Made by a program: the position numbers and the translations under genes
Shown here: piece by piece, positions 18,418-30,619 of the stretch
Layout of the letters: every line of letters starts with the position of its first letter
How positions within the stretch are numbered: the stretch's first letter is position 1
DNA from: Candidatus Latescibacterota bacterium
Lineage (GTDB): Bacteria; Latescibacterota; UBA2968; UBA8231
Reading direction: 5' to 3'
NCBI GenBank assembly: GCA_963422735.1
Contig: OY730476.1
Location: 3,360,001-3,424,000 of the forward strand
DNA length: 64,000 nucleotides
Notes under the pieces: model-generated
Database searches by the model: none
What the model saw: only the letters and a program-made list of their open reading frames with translations
What the model was told of the DNA's origin: nothing

Positions 18418-20211
18418 TCAAGAGCTTTGTTGGGCCGCGACCGCTTGGCGCTCTTGATTGAGCGCGACGAGCTCGGTGCTAATGCGTGCAATTTCGCCGT
18501 CGTCGGATGCCGCTGCGAGGGCTTGACGTGCGTTGGCAATGCGCTTTTGCAGTGCATTTTTCTGAAAGTAAAGCAAATAGTCGCGCCATTGCCGCTCGAC
18601 TTGTTCCTCGTCGAAACCTTGGGCCGCGCATTGGGCGGCTAGGCGTGTAAGTGCGTCGTCCTCTAGCTCACTGAGGATCATTCCAAGGTCGATGGCTTTG
18701 CTGTGAGCATGGCGGTCGAAGAGCGTGCGACACAGGGCCTGAGCGCGGGCGTCGCTTAGCGAGTCGGGGACGAATTCCCGGACAGTTCCGGGTATAAACT
18801 GCGGGAATTTGATCAACAAGCCGATGAATTCGAGTTCGTGACGCGGCGGGTCGGGCACGGCCGTTGGAGACGGACCGGCACCCGCCTTGCGCGATGGGTG
18901 AGGGCGGCGCATGGATGCTTGAACGCCGTCGCGCAGGGCCTGTTCGTCAACCGCGAGGCGCTGGGCGACTTCTCTCAGCAGCAGGTCGCGGCGGACCGCA
19001 TCTTGGGGTTTGTTCAGCTTGGCTATGAGCGGTTTGAATGTTTCGACAGCGCGGTCTTTGCCCTCGACACTGGATAGATCGTGCCTCTGGGCGAGTTGTC
19101 CGAGGTAGAAATCGAGGACCGACTGGGCGTTTTCGGCCCGCTCTATCAGCGCGTCTGGGCCGTGCGCTTGGACGAAGGTATCGGGGTCGTGCTCGGAGGG
19201 CAGCGAGACGACGCGGGCGTCTAGACCAGTACCTAAGAGTACTTCGAGAGCTCGCATAGCAGCCGTGGAGCCAGCCGCGTCGCCGTCGAAAAGCAGCACG
19301 ACTTTGTGGGCATAGCGAGCCAGCATGCGGCAGTGACCTTCGGTCAGGGCCGTACCAGAGGTGGCTGCCACGTGCTGGATGCCGGCCTGCGCTAGGCTGA
19401 TGAGGTCCATGTAGCCTTCGACGATTAGTACTGCATCTTGGCGGCGAATGGCGTCGCGGGTGTTGGACAGGCCGTAGAGCACTCGACTCTTGTGATAGAT
19501 GGACGTTTCGGGCGAGTTGAGGTACTTGGGCTCTTGGTCGGGCTGGAGCGCACGCGCACCAAAGGCTATGGTCCGATTGGAGAGATTGGCAATGGGAAAG
19601 GCGATCCGGTCGCGGAAGCGGTCGTAGTGGTCGCTGCCTGTGGAGCGCGGCAGAGCCAACCCCGCCCGCTCCAATATCTGGGGATTCAAGCCTCGGCGAC
19701 CGGCTACTTTGAGCAAGGCGTCCCACTCCGGCGGCGCGTAGCCCAAGCCGAAACGCTCGATGGTTTCGCCTGTAAGGCCGCGAGTCTGTAGATACGTGCG
19801 GGCACTAGCGCCGACATCGTCGTTAAGCAGCAGATGGTGAAAGTACTTTCGTGCTAGGTCGTTAGCCCGGTAGAGCTCGTCGGCGGTCGCGTCCTCCTCG
19901 CGCGATGGCCTCGAACGTTCGGGCAGGGCGACGCCGGTGCGCTCGGCGAGGAATTTGATCGCTTCGATAAAAGTGACTCGATCGATCTCTTGGATGAACT
20001 TGAAAACATCGCCGCCGACGCCACAGCCGAAGCAATGGTAGAATTGGCGGTCGGGATCGACGCTGAAAGAGGGGGATTTTTCGTCGTGAAAAGGGCAGAG
20101 GCCGGAGTAGTTGCGGCCCTTCTTGACGATCTGGACGTGTTCGGAGACCAAGTCGACGATGTCGGTGGCGTCGCGGATACGTTGGAGGATGTCTTCGGGG
20201 ACGAGTGGCAT
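18418..20211 (-). CDS. dnaG: DNA primase
   Basis: CPFHDEKSPSF/HCFGC zinc finger, KYLNSPET, VEGYMD, FDGDAAG TOPRIM. Confidence 0.97.
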   Translation of the reverse strand: MPLVPEDILQRIRDATDIVDLVSEHVQIVKKGRNYSGLCPFHDEKSPSFSVDPDRQFYHCFGCGVGGDVFKFIQEIDRVTFIEAIKFLAERTGVALPERSRPSREEDATADELYRANDLARKYFHHLLLNDDVGASARTYLQTRGLTGETIERFGLGYAPPEWDALLKVAGRRGLNPQILERAGLALPRSTGSDHYDRFRDRIAFPIANLSNRTIAFGARALQPDQEPKYLNSPETSIYHKSRVLYGLSNTRDAIRRQDAVLIVEGYMDLISLAQAGIQHVAATSGTALTEGHCRMLARYAHKVVLLFDGDAAGSTAAMRALEVLLGTGLDARVVSLPSEHDPDTFVQAHGPDALIERAENAQSVLDFYLGQLAQRHDLSSVEGKDRAVETFKPLIAKLNKPQDAVRRDLLLREVAQRLAVDEQALRDGVQASMRRPHPSRKAGAGPSPTAVPDPPRHELEFIGLLIKFPQFIPGTVREFVPDSLSDARAQALCRTLFDRHAHSKAIDLGMILSELEDDALTRLAAQCAAQGFDEEQVERQWRDYLLYFQKNALQKRIANARQALAAASDDGEIARISTELVALNQERQAVAAQQSS

Positions 20212-20437
20212 TGCTAGCAGTGGGCTTCTTATTTATATTAATAGTGCCATTGAGCAAAATATGGCGGCCCATTAACCGGGTCAAGAAAGTCAACTAGCGG
20301 TGTTAATTATTTGCGTTAATTCCTTGAGTTTACAGCAAACTGTTGGTATTATTGATAAGTTAGACGCTTATTCATGGCCTATGCTGGGGCCAAATTCAGA
20401 ATTTGACCCATTGAGCATTAAGAGGAGGATATTAGAT

Positions 20438-21103
20438 ATGTCGAAAGGCATAAAGGGAGCTATGGCGAGTTTGGCCTTGTTGGGACTCAGCGTTTTTCTG
20501 TGCGCGAGTCCGGCTGCAGCGCAGTTGGCGGTCTCTGGAGCTGTGGTGGATACAGACGATCTTGCACCCAGCCCTGTCGGCGGAGTACAGGCTGAGTTCA
20601 ACGAAGGTGGAAGGAGCATCACCGTCTCTTGGCCCCTGTCTGGCGACGATGTCGAGCGCCAGACCCCGACGAGTAGCGACTTTACGACGGGCGGCACCTT
20701 TGCCAACGTCAACGATGTCGCTGGTTACAATATATGGCGCCGTCCCGCCGATGACCCTGAAGGCAGCTTGGCAATAGTCGGCACTGCCGGTGCCGGCGCG
20801 ACGTCTTTAGTTGATGCCTCGATCAACGTGAGCGCGGGGAGCAGGCGGTATTTCTATATGGTCTCGGTCGTCGATGCTAGCGGCAACGAGAGCGCTCCCA
20901 TCGAGTCTGCCGAAGTCAAGAACATGTTGCTCCTCGGCGATTTTGACTACGATGGTGATGTGGACCTTTTAGACTACGGAATTTTTCAAGTCAACTTTGG
21001 CCGAGCTGAATTCGATCCAGCCACAGATATCGACGGCAACGGCGAGGTCAATCTTGAGGACTTTTTCCTTTGGGCCGACAACCTCGGTGCCAATTTGTAC
21101 TAG
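20438..21103 (+). CDS. Secreted FN3-like protein with C-terminal dockerin/EF-hand-like module
   Basis: GAGGAGG RBS, signal peptide, GYNIWR/YFYMVSVVDASGNES, GDFDYDGDVDLLD and DIDGNGEVNLEDFF. Confidence 0.7.
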   Translation: MSKGIKGAMASLALLGLSVFLCASPAAAQLAVSGAVVDTDDLAPSPVGGVQAEFNEGGRSITVSWPLSGDDVERQTPTSSDFTTGGTFANVNDVAGYNIWRRPADDPEGSLAIVGTAGAGATSLVDASINVSAGSRRYFYMVSVVDASGNESAPIESAEVKNMLLLGDFDYDGDVDLLDYGIFQVNFGRAEFDPATDIDGNGEVNLEDFFLWADNLGANLY

Positions 21104-21172
21104 GTGCCGGCCCCAGTATTTTTATCTCAACCTAGCTATGGTATTCCATCTTTTCACAAGGAGTACAGTTCG

Positions 21173-21862
21173 ATGAAAGAGTACATCCGCATCATCGCGC
21201 TAGCCGCTTTTTGCGCTGCTCCCGCGGCCGCTCAGTTGACTACCGCCGGGCCCGTGGCTTCCGTCGATAATATTCCTCCTGCACCTGCGACCAACCTGCA
21301 ATCGCTCGTCCCAGCCGGCGATGATCCATCCGTGTCGCTCTCTTGGACTCTATCAACAGATGACGCTCGTTCGTTTTCGACCTTTGGTGATCAGGTGGTG
21401 CCCACGGGCGACGTACACGGCTATCGCGTGTACCGTACGGATCTCTTTCTGCCCGTGGACGATGGCGGCGAGCTAGTGCTCGGTTGGTTTACGCGCGAAG
21501 GGGACAGAGTTGACTTCGACGATTTCTTCTTTTTAGCCGATCGCTTCGGTACTTCTGACGCCGATTCGGATTTTGAGTTGTTCTTCGACATAGTGCCCAA
21601 TGGCCAAATTGATGTCGATGATTTTCTTCGTTTTGCCGATGATTTCGGCAAGGCCGTAACTCAGGAACAGGGCAGTGAAAAGTTGATCGCCACGCTGGGG
21701 CCGGGCATCTCCGAATTTGTCGACGATGACGTCGTTGGTGGGGCCTCCTATATCTATGACGTAAGAGCCTTTGACGGAGACAACGAAACTGGCGTTGTCG
21801 CACCTTTTGCTTCCAATGAAGATATAGCCCGGACGGCCATCGCCGTCGGTGTCGATCAATAA
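21173..21862 (+). CDS. Secreted FN3-like protein with internal dockerin/EF-hand-like module (paralog of upstream gene)
   Basis: AAGGAG RBS, signal peptide, GYRVYR, VDFDDFFFLADRFG, IDVDDFLRFADDFG, YIYDVRAFDG. Confidence 0.7.
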   Translation: MKEYIRIIALAAFCAAPAAAQLTTAGPVASVDNIPPAPATNLQSLVPAGDDPSVSLSWTLSTDDARSFSTFGDQVVPTGDVHGYRVYRTDLFLPVDDGGELVLGWFTREGDRVDFDDFFFLADRFGTSDADSDFELFFDIVPNGQIDVDDFLRFADDFGKAVTQEQGSEKLIATLGPGISEFVDDDVVGGASYIYDVRAFDGDNETGVVAPFASNEDIARTAIAVGVDQ

Positions 21863-21880
21863 GGGCACGAGAAGTTGCAG

Positions 21881-21922
21881 AAGATAGGACGCCCATTCGA
21901 CGAGCGAGCGTCCTATCTTTTT
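21881..21922 (+). terminator. Intrinsic terminator
   Basis: AAGATAGGACGC...GCGTCCTATCTTTTT. Confidence 0.7.
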
Positions 21923-21935
21923 GTAGTAGCACGTC

Positions 21936-22246
21936 TTGACAAACAAAGATGCTCTCTGTATTCTTTAATCTCTTTCGCCCCTTTCCTTTTCCAAGCAAAT
22001 ACCTCAGCGGTTTATTCCGCTTGAAATTCCACTCTCCCTTTAGATATTCTTCGCGATAGACCTCCTGTAGCGATTAAAGAATTTTGCCAAGGTACGGTAT
22101 ACCCTAGGTTTTAGTGTCTTAGCGGTACTACCGCTTTTAACAATCCAATCCTCGCAATAGCCCTAGGTGCTTCTAGTGCCGTATTGCACCTGAATATCCG
22201 CTTTGAGTTCCTGCACTTTAACCGCAAGAAAGGTCGCAAGGAAGAT
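21936..22246 (+). promoter_or_regulatory. sigma70 promoter and long pyrimidine-rich rho leader (possible rut-type autoregulation)
   Basis: TTGACA-17-TATTCT (21936-21964) followed by a C/T-rich, G-poor tract. Confidence 0.55.
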
Positions 22247-23521
22247 ATGCCGCCTGTCAATAGAACGCAGAAGATGAATATCGTCGAGCTCCAGCGCATG
22301 AACATCTTGGATCTCCAAGAGCTGGCCAAGAAGTTGGAAGTTGTAGATTGCACCTCTTTGCGCAAGCAGGAGCTGATCTTCTCCATCCTCAAGCACCAGA
22401 CCGAGCGCAGTGGGCTGATTTTTGCCCAAGGCACTTTGGAGGTGCTGGAAGAGGGGTTCGGCTTTCTCCGCTCGCCGAGCTATAACTACTTGCCTGGCCC
22501 CGACGACATTTACGTTTCCCACTCGCAGATTAAGCGATTTAGCTTGCGTACGGGGGACACGATCTCCGGTCAAATCCGCCCGCCGAAAAACGACGAGAAG
22601 TACTTTGCGCTGCTGCGAGTCGAGGCAATCAACTTCGACGATCCAGAAGTCACCAAGAGCAAGACAATCTTCGAGAACCTGACGGCCTTGCATCCCACGG
22701 ATCGTTTCAAGTTAGAGCACAATCCCAAGGATATGACGACGCGGATTCTTGACTTGCTCTCGCCTATCGGCAAGGGGCAGCGCGGCCTAATCGTAGCGCC
22801 GCCCTTCACTGGCAAAACCATGCTCCTGCAAAAGGTCGCCAACGCCATTACTACCAACCATCCCGAAGCGATTCTCATTGTCTTGCTCATCGACGAGCGC
22901 CCCGAGGAAGTCACTGATATGCTGCGTTCGGTCCAGGGCGAAGTCGTCAGTTCGACCTTTGACGAGTCGGCTACGCGGCACGTGCAGGTGGCGGATATGG
23001 TGATCGAGAAGGCTCGGCGTCTAGTTGAGCACAAACGAGATGTAGTCGTCTTGCTCGACAGCATCACGCGCTTGGCGCGAGCTTACAATACGGTGACGCC
23101 GCACTCGGGTCGGATCCTCTCCGGCGGCGTTGACTCGACGGCTTTGCAGTGGCCGCGCCGCTTTTTCGCCGCCGCTCGCAATCTCGAAGAGGGCGGCAGC
23201 CTGACGATTATCGCCACGGCCTTGGTCGAGACCGGGAGTCGCATGGACGAAGTGATCTTTGAAGAGTTCAAAGGCACGGGCAATATGCAGGTGCAGCTAG
23301 ACCGCCGGCTGAGCAACCGCCGCGTCTATCCGGCCGTTGACGTGACGGCGACGAGCACCCGAAAAGAAGAGCTACTACTCACGGAGTTTGAATTGAACCG
23401 CTCGTGGGTACTGCGCCGCATACTCAATCAGATGGGAGTCATTGAGGGCATGGAGTTCCTCCAAGAGCGCATGCAGGGCACGGAATCCAACGAGGAATTC
23501 CTCAAGGCCATGAACGACTAG
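22247..23521 (+). CDS. rho: Transcription termination factor Rho
   Basis: [42 protein letters not shown]. Confidence 0.97.
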   Translation: MPPVNRTQKMNIVELQRMNILDLQELAKKLEVVDCTSLRKQELIFSILKHQTERSGLIFAQGTLEVLEEGFGFLRSPSYNYLPGPDDIYVSHSQIKRFSLRTGDTISGQIRPPKNDEKYFALLRVEAINFDDPEVTKSKTIFENLTALHPTDRFKLEHNPKDMTTRILDLLSPIGKGQRGLIVAPPFTGKTMLLQKVANAITTNHPEAILIVLLIDERPEEVTDMLRSVQGEVVSSTFDESATRHVQVADMVIEKARRLVEHKRDVVVLLDSITRLARAYNTVTPHSGRILSGGVDSTALQWPRRFFAAARNLEEGGSLTIIATALVETGSRMDEVIFEEFKGTGNMQVQLDRRLSNRRVYPAVDVTATSTRKEELLLTEFELNRSWVLRRILNQMGVIEGMEFLQERMQGTESNEEFLKAMND

Positions 23522-23606
23522 TCGCCTTGTTTTTTGAGCTTCAAGCCTCTATTTTTATTCACTCAGTCGCCGAGTTTCACCGCCAAGAAAACAGAGGAGT
23601 GCAAAG

Positions 23607-23864
23607 GTGCAAAAAGACATGCATCCCCCTTACCAAACGGTTATCTTTCTCGACACTAGCTGTGACTATAAGGTGCTGTCGCGTTCGACGATGAAGTCCG
23701 AAGAGACGATGGAGTGGGAAGATGGGAATTCCTATCCGGTGATTCGGGTCGAAATCAGCTCAGCCTCGCATCCTTTTTACACAGGCAAGCGCCAGCAGAT
23801 CATGGATCGAGGCGGGCGCATCGATCAGTTCAATCGCCGCTACGGCACAAGCGCACAAGCCTAG
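23607..23864 (+). CDS. rpmE2: 50S ribosomal protein L31 type B (Zn-independent)
   Basis: [33 protein letters not shown]; lacks the CxC/CxxC pairs. Confidence 0.9.
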   Translation: MQKDMHPPYQTVIFLDTSCDYKVLSRSTMKSEETMEWEDGNSYPVIRVEISSASHPFYTGKRQQIMDRGGRIDQFNRRYGTSAQA

Positions 23865-23941
23865 CGATTCACTCCGTGCGAAGAGGTGGTAGGGCGCCCT
23901 CCTGAGGGCGGTCGTATCGCCTTTTTCGTGTACGCGAATCC

Positions 23942-24889
23942 ATGGACAGAGAACAACTCACGCAAGATCTACCAGTCGGCGGCCAAGCCGTCATCGAAGG
24001 GGTGATGATGCGCGTGCCCGGCAAAATCGTCACCGCGGTGCGGGCGGCTGACCACCAGATCGTAGTGCGCGAAGAAGCGTACGATCCCCTATCGCAGCGC
24101 TATCGCCTATTGGGCCTGCCCGTATTGCGCGGTGCCCTCTCTTTCTTTGAAATGATGCTCATCGGGCTGAAGGCCCTCAATTTCTCAGCCGATGTCGCAA
24201 GGCAGGGAGAGGAGGAGATCGAGGAACGGGAGGAGAGTTGGCGGGAGCAGTTGGCCTTGTGGGCGACGATGATCTTTTCCATGGGACTGGGCGTGGGTCT
24301 ATTCTTTTTCTTGCCGCTGCTAGCTGCCCAGCTCTTCGGCTTGCAGGAGAACGCCCTCGAATTCAACCTAGTGGCCGGTGTCGTGCGGGCGACGCTTTTG
24401 CTTCTCTACCTTTGGGCGATAAGCCAGTGGCGCGAAATCCAGCGAGTTTTTCAATACCATGGTGCCGAGCACAAAAGCGTCTTCACCTTAGAGGCCGGTG
24501 CCGAGCTGACAGTGGCAACGGCGCGGGGCTTCAGCCGGCTGCACCCGCGCTGCGGAACCAGCTTCATGGTGATCGTAGTGATCTTTGCGATCCTGATCTT
24601 CGCCTACGTAGATTCGCTTTTTCCGATCGTTTTTGGGCATACGCAGAGCCTTTTTGAGCGCTTTGCCACCCATTTTGCGGTGCTGCCTTTTGTCGCGGGG
24701 ACGAGCTTTGAGTTGCTCAAGTTCTCGGGCAAGAAGCGCAATGCGCCGCTGGTCCGGCTGCTGAGTGCCCCGGGGCTGTGGTTGCAGCGCATTACGACCC
24801 GCGAGCCGGACGATGACCAGCTAGAGGTTGCCCTGTTCGCGCTGCGCCGTGCCTTAAATGAAGAAGTCGAGGCGAACCCATCGTGTTAG
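23942..24889 (+). CDS. DUF1385 family membrane protein
   Basis: [38 protein letters not shown]; rpmE-DUF1385-prfA-prmC context. Confidence 0.9.
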   Translation: MDREQLTQDLPVGGQAVIEGVMMRVPGKIVTAVRAADHQIVVREEAYDPLSQRYRLLGLPVLRGALSFFEMMLIGLKALNFSADVARQGEEEIEEREESWREQLALWATMIFSMGLGVGLFFFLPLLAAQLFGLQENALEFNLVAGVVRATLLLLYLWAISQWREIQRVFQYHGAEHKSVFTLEAGAELTVATARGFSRLHPRCGTSFMVIVVIFAILIFAYVDSLFPIVFGHTQSLFERFATHFAVLPFVAGTSFELLKFSGKKRNAPLVRLLSAPGLWLQRITTREPDDDQLEVALFALRRALNEEVEANPSC

Positions 24890-25950
24890 ATAAATTGAAC
24901 GAATACGAGCAGCGCTACGAGGAGCTAGGTGCGCTCATGGCCGCTCCGGCCACCAGCCAAAACCCAATCCAGTACCAGAAGCTGGCGCGGGAGATGGGTG
25001 ACTTGCAGGAAGTGGTGGATTTAGCGGGTCAGTACCGCGCCGCACTCGCACAGATCGCAGAGGCCGAGGAGATCGTCGCCGATGGCAGCGATGCAGAGCT
25101 AGTCGAATTGGCCGCAGCCGAACGCGACCAATTGCGGGAAAAAGTGGCGCAGCTAGAAGAAACACTCAAAGTGCTGCTGATTCCCAAAGACCCCAACGAC
25201 GGCCGCAATGCCATCGTCGAGATCCGCGCCGGCACCGGCGGCGACGAAGCCGGGCTTTTCGCCAGCGATCTATACCGCATGTACCACCGCTTCGCCGAGC
25301 GCAAGGGCTTGAAAACCGAGGAACTTTCCTCCAGCCAGAATCCAGCCGGCGGCTTTAAAGAGGTAGTGTTCGTGGTCTCGGGCGCGGGCGCCTTCGGTCA
25401 GCTCAAGTTCGAGAGCGGGGTACACCGCGTACAGCGGGTTCCCAAAACCGAGGCTTCGGGCCGGATTCACACATCGGCGGCTTCGGTGGCGGTCTTGCCC
25501 GAAGCCAAGGAGGTGGAGGTGGAGATCGCTCCCGAGGATTTGAAGATCGAAGTGTACCGCTCTAGCGGGCCTGGCGGCCAGAGCGTCAACACCACGGATT
25601 CGGCCGTGAAAATCACCCATATCCCAACGAGCATTATCGTCTCCTGTCAAGACGAGAAGTCGCAGTTAAAAAACAAGAACAAGGCGTTGAAGGTCCTCCG
25701 CGCCCGGCTCTACGACAAATTGCAGTCCGAACAAAAGGCCGAGCGCGACGCCGCCCGCGCTGGTCAGATCGGCTCCGGTGACCGCAGCGCGAAAATTCGC
25801 ACCTACAACTTTCCACAGAGCCGGGTCACCGATCACCGCATTGGCTTGTCCCTCTATCGCCTAGAGGAAATCCTCGACGGCGATTTTGAAAAATTCGTAG
25901 AGCAATTGGTCCTCCTATCTCAACAGGACGCGCTAGCGGCGGACCTATGA
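24883..25950 (+). CDS. prfA: Peptide chain release factor 1
   Basis: GTGGDEA, PKT motif, [18 protein letters not shown]. Confidence 0.97.
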   Translation: MLDKLNEYEQRYEELGALMAAPATSQNPIQYQKLAREMGDLQEVVDLAGQYRAALAQIAEAEEIVADGSDAELVELAAAERDQLREKVAQLEETLKVLLIPKDPNDGRNAIVEIRAGTGGDEAGLFASDLYRMYHRFAERKGLKTEELSSSQNPAGGFKEVVFVVSGAGAFGQLKFESGVHRVQRVPKTEASGRIHTSAASVAVLPEAKEVEVEIAPEDLKIEVYRSSGPGGQSVNTTDSAVKITHIPTSIIVSCQDEKSQLKNKNKALKVLRARLYDKLQSEQKAERDAARAGQIGSGDRSAKIRTYNFPQSRVTDHRIGLSLYRLEEILDGDFEKFVEQLVLLSQQDALAADL

Positions 25951-26819
25951 GCGGGTGCTCTTGGCGGCTGCTCGACATCCTCGAAAACACGAGCCATTTC
26001 TTCGCGTCAAAGGGGTTAGAAAACGCCCGACTCCAAGCAGAACTCTTGCTCGCCGCCGTACTCGGTATCAAACGCCTCGATCTCTACCTACAATTTGAAC
26101 GTCCTTTGCACCGCAGTGAAGTGGATCGCTACCGAGAATACGTGCGTCAGCGGTTGCGGCGCGTACCGGTGCAGTACATCACGGGCGTGGCTGCCTTTCG
26201 CCATCTAGATCTGGCCGTGACGCCCGCGGTGTTGATTCCGCGCCCTGAGACCGAGATACTCGTCGATGTGGCCTTGGAGCTTTTGCCCGAAGGCGGCCGG
26301 GTTCTCGACCTGTGTTGCGGTTCAGGCGCGGTCGCCCTGTCGCTGGCCCAAGAGATGGCAGCGGCCGAGGTAGTGGCAGCCGACGTATCGCCTGCTGCTT
26401 TAGAAGTAGCGAAGGCCAACGGCCAACGCTGCGGGCTAGCAGAGCGCGTCGAGTGGCACTGCGGCGATCTTTTCGCGCCCTTTTGCGGCACCGAGCCTTT
26501 TGACCTTGTCGCGGCCAACCCGCCGTATGTGCGCCGCAGCGACTTGGCGCAACTAGCACCGGAAGTACGCGACTACGAACCTCATCTCGCGCTAGATGGG
26601 GGCGAAGACGGATTGGCATACTATCGCCGCATCGCGCAGGAGGCCGCTGACTTTATTCGCCCCGGAGGCCATCTGCTGCTAGAGGTAGGAGACGGGCAAA
26701 GCGCAGCAGTGGAGGCCCTACTTACGCGGTCTGAACGCTTGACTGAGGTTCAGATAAGACCGGACTTAAATCAAATTCCCCGAGTCGTTGTCGTGTGCGC
26801 GGCTGCTCAAGCGAGTTGA
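25947..26819 (+). CDS. prmC: Release factor glutamine methyltransferase
   Basis: [28 protein letters not shown]. Confidence 0.95.
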   Translation: MSGCSWRLLDILENTSHFFASKGLENARLQAELLLAAVLGIKRLDLYLQFERPLHRSEVDRYREYVRQRLRRVPVQYITGVAAFRHLDLAVTPAVLIPRPETEILVDVALELLPEGGRVLDLCCGSGAVALSLAQEMAAAEVVAADVSPAALEVAKANGQRCGLAERVEWHCGDLFAPFCGTEPFDLVAANPPYVRRSDLAQLAPEVRDYEPHLALDGGEDGLAYYRRIAQEAADFIRPGGHLLLEVGDGQSAAVEALLTRSERLTEVQIRPDLNQIPRVVVVCAAAQAS

Positions 26820-26822
26820 GGC

Positions 26823-28196
26823 GTGGCCAAAAAGAACCGTTCCGCTTACGTCTGTCAGTCCTGCGGCCACAGTGCCGTGCGCTGGTTTGGGCGCTGTGTG
26901 GCCTGCGGCGAGTGGAACACCTGCGTCGAAGAGCGGTCCCAAGCACCCGACAGCCGACGCGAACATCTAACGGTGTCGCCCCGTTCCCAATTGCAGCCCA
27001 TTACCCAAGTCGATGACCAAGACCACGAGCGGCTGCAAATCGGCATCTCCGAGTTCGACAGAGTCTTGGGCGGCGGCATCATGCCCGGTTCGGTCGTCTT
27101 AGTCGGCGGCGATCCCGGCATCGGCAAATCGACGCTTCTGCTGCAGATGGCCGGACAGCTAGCGGCTTCTGATTTTCGCATCGCGTACATTTCCGCCGAG
27201 GAGTCGGCCGCGCAGATCCGCCTGCGCGCCGGGCGCTTAGGGGCGTTGTGCGAAAGCCTGCACGTGATGGCCGAGACCAGCCTCACGGCCATTCTCGATC
27301 AGTTACAATCCGCCGGCCCGCTGGCCATCATCATCGACTCGATCCAGACTATTTACATGCCCGAGCTGGAAAGCGCGCCCGGCAGCGTGACCCAAGTGCG
27401 CGAATGCGCTGCGCGGCTCGTCTATTTGGCCAAAGAGAGCGGCATTCCCACGTTTTTGGTGGGGCACGTGACAAAAGAGGGCACGGTCGCCGGGCCGCGG
27501 GTACTGGAGCACCTAGTCGATACCGTGCTCTATTTAGAGGGCGAGCGGCACCACCACTTCCGCATCCTGCGCGCCGCCAAAAATCGCTTTGGTTCGACCA
27601 ATGAGATCGGAATTTTTGAGATGCGGGACCAAGGGCTAATCGAGGTCGCCAACCCCTCCAAGATTCTGCTGGCCGAGCGCGCCGAGGGCGTGTCGGGTTC
27701 GGCCATCGTCTGTAGCATAGAAGGCACTCGGCCGCTCTTGATCGAAATTCAGGCCCTCGTCTCGCGCTCTAGTTTTGGTTATCCGCAGCGGGTCGCCACC
27801 GGCATCGACGCTAAGCGGCTCTCGATTATTATCGCGGTGCTCGAAAAGCGCTGCGGCCACGACCTATCGAGCGAGGACATTTTCGTCAATGTCGTAGGGG
27901 GTATTCGCCTCGACGAGCCGGCGGTGGATATGGGGGTAGGGCTGGCGATTGTATCGAGCTTCCGCAACAAGCCTATTGACGCGCAGACCGTGGCTATTGG
28001 CGAGATTGGGCTGGGGGGGGAGATCCGGCCGGTGAACCAGATTGACCGGCGGGTAGTCGAGGCGCGGAGTTTGGGGTTTGAGCAGTGTTTGGTGGCGCGG
28101 AGCAACCTACAGGGGTGGAAGCGGCCGGAGGGGATGGAGGTGGTTGGAGTGGGAGGGATGGAGGCGGCCGAAGCTCTCGCATTTGGCCCAAGCTAG
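26823..28196 (+). CDS. radA: DNA repair protein RadA/Sms
   Basis: N-terminal zinc finger, GDPGIGKS, KNRFG, GEIGLGGEIR. Confidence 0.96.
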   Translation: MAKKNRSAYVCQSCGHSAVRWFGRCVACGEWNTCVEERSQAPDSRREHLTVSPRSQLQPITQVDDQDHERLQIGISEFDRVLGGGIMPGSVVLVGGDPGIGKSTLLLQMAGQLAASDFRIAYISAEESAAQIRLRAGRLGALCESLHVMAETSLTAILDQLQSAGPLAIIIDSIQTIYMPELESAPGSVTQVRECAARLVYLAKESGIPTFLVGHVTKEGTVAGPRVLEHLVDTVLYLEGERHHHFRILRAAKNRFGSTNEIGIFEMRDQGLIEVANPSKILLAERAEGVSGSAIVCSIEGTRPLLIEIQALVSRSSFGYPQRVATGIDAKRLSIIIAVLEKRCGHDLSSEDIFVNVVGGIRLDEPAVDMGVGLAIVSSFRNKPIDAQTVAIGEIGLGGEIRPVNQIDRRVVEARSLGFEQCLVARSNLQGWKRPEGMEVVGVGGMEAAEALAFGPS

Positions 28197-28308
28197 CTCC
28201 TTTTCTTCACAAAGTTGTTTCTCGCAGTTCCCAATTTTTGCTTTCCGCAGCATTTTTATCGTTTTATAACCTATTATTAAACAATAAATTGTGTGTATCC
28301 TTGCGGCT

Positions 28309-28409
28309 TGGCATGGCATTTGCAAATAAACGGGTGGAGCAGCTTAATGCATTTCAATTAAAAAATACTTGACACCTGAACATTGATGCACTATCTTTTT
28401 GTTCAGGTG
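28309..28409 (+). promoter_or_regulatory. recA promoter region: sigma54-like site, sigma70 promoter and 10-bp inverted repeat
   Basis: TGGCATG-GCAT-TTGCA (28309-24); TTGACA-17-TATCTT (28369-97); CACCTGAACA-N17-TGTTCAGGTG (28373-28409). Confidence 0.6.
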
Positions 28410-28457
28410 GGCGGTGTAATAAACATCTCATAGCATAGGATACGCGAGGAGGAAATC

Positions 28458-29576
<1,119 letters not shown>

Positions 29577-29680
29577 CCTCTGCGCTCTCGCGGGTCGAGG
29601 TGCCAAGGCTGCTATTGGGGCCCCCACGCCAAGGCGGCCGCAGCGCCTCGCACCCGCGCGTCCCCCAAGGAGGTAACATC

Positions 29681-29944
29681 ATGCAGACTGCCAGACTAAA
29701 CCCCTCGGCCATCCCCTTGCAAGCGCGCATTGGCCGCGCTCGCTCTTGGGCCGACTTGGAGTTGCTGTGCGAGCACATTGACGCCGCCTACCACCGCGGC
29801 GAGCTCGATCTATCCAGCGCCGACGATCTGAGTGCCTTGGTTGCGGCTGCCACCCTAAAGGTACCCGAGCAAGCCAGTATCCCCGCCGAGGTGCTCTTAA
29901 GTCGGGAACGGGAAATGCCGCACAACGCCCGTCAAGCAGCCTGA
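29681..29944 (+). CDS. Small hypothetical protein (87 aa)
   Basis: AAGGAGGT RBS then ATG; downstream of recA. Confidence 0.65.
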   Translation: MQTARLNPSAIPLQARIGRARSWADLELLCEHIDAAYHRGELDLSSADDLSALVAAATLKVPEQASIPAEVLLSREREMPHNARQAA

Positions 29945-30053
29945 TCAAGCCGCGACACAGCTCGCCTTTAGGGCGGGCCAACATGGGCACCGGAGTTTTT
30001 TGCTTCGGTGCCTTTTGTTTGCAAAAAACAGCCCATGCCGTATAATCAAAAGC

Positions 30054-30599
30054 ATGCCCCGCAGTCCGTTAGAAACCCCCGCCTTAAGAGTGCTAATCAA
30101 GCGCCAGCAAGTGGAGCAGCGCATCGGCGAGTTGGCCCAAATGATAGCCGCCGACTACGCTGGGTCAGCTCCCTTATTTATCGGCCTCCTCAACGGAGCA
30201 GTGCAGTTTATGATGGCTCTGCTGGACCACTTGCCCGAGGGGCTGTTGGCGCAGTTGGACTACGACTTCGTCGGTGTTTCGAGCTATCAGGGCACGGAGA
30301 ACACCGGGCAGGTTGAGCTGACCAAAGACCTCATCGTTGCAGTGGCCGGGCGGGACGTGCTAGTGGTCGATGGCATCGTCGATACGGGCCGATCCCTAGA
30401 GTTTGTGATGGCCATGCTAGAGTCTCGGCAACCCCTTTCGCTCAGAGCATGTACGCTGCTGGACAAAAGTCTCCGCAGGGAGTTGCCAGTGCAGATAGAT
30501 TACTGTGGTTTTGAAGTTGAAGACACGTTCGTCGTCGGCTACGGCATGGATTGCAACCAGCACTACCGCGCTCTGCGCCATATCGCCGCCATTGGATGA
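30054..30599 (+). CDS. hpt: Hypoxanthine phosphoribosyltransferase
   Basis: GLLNGAVQF, VSSYQG, VLVVDGIVDTGRSL, FVVGYGMD. Confidence 0.9.
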   Translation: MPRSPLETPALRVLIKRQQVEQRIGELAQMIAADYAGSAPLFIGLLNGAVQFMMALLDHLPEGLLAQLDYDFVGVSSYQGTENTGQVELTKDLIVAVAGRDVLVVDGIVDTGRSLEFVMAMLESRQPLSLRACTLLDKSLRRELPVQIDYCGFEVEDTFVVGYGMDCNQHYRALRHIAAIG

Positions 30600-30619
30600 G
30601 ATAGAGGAGAAGAGGAGCT

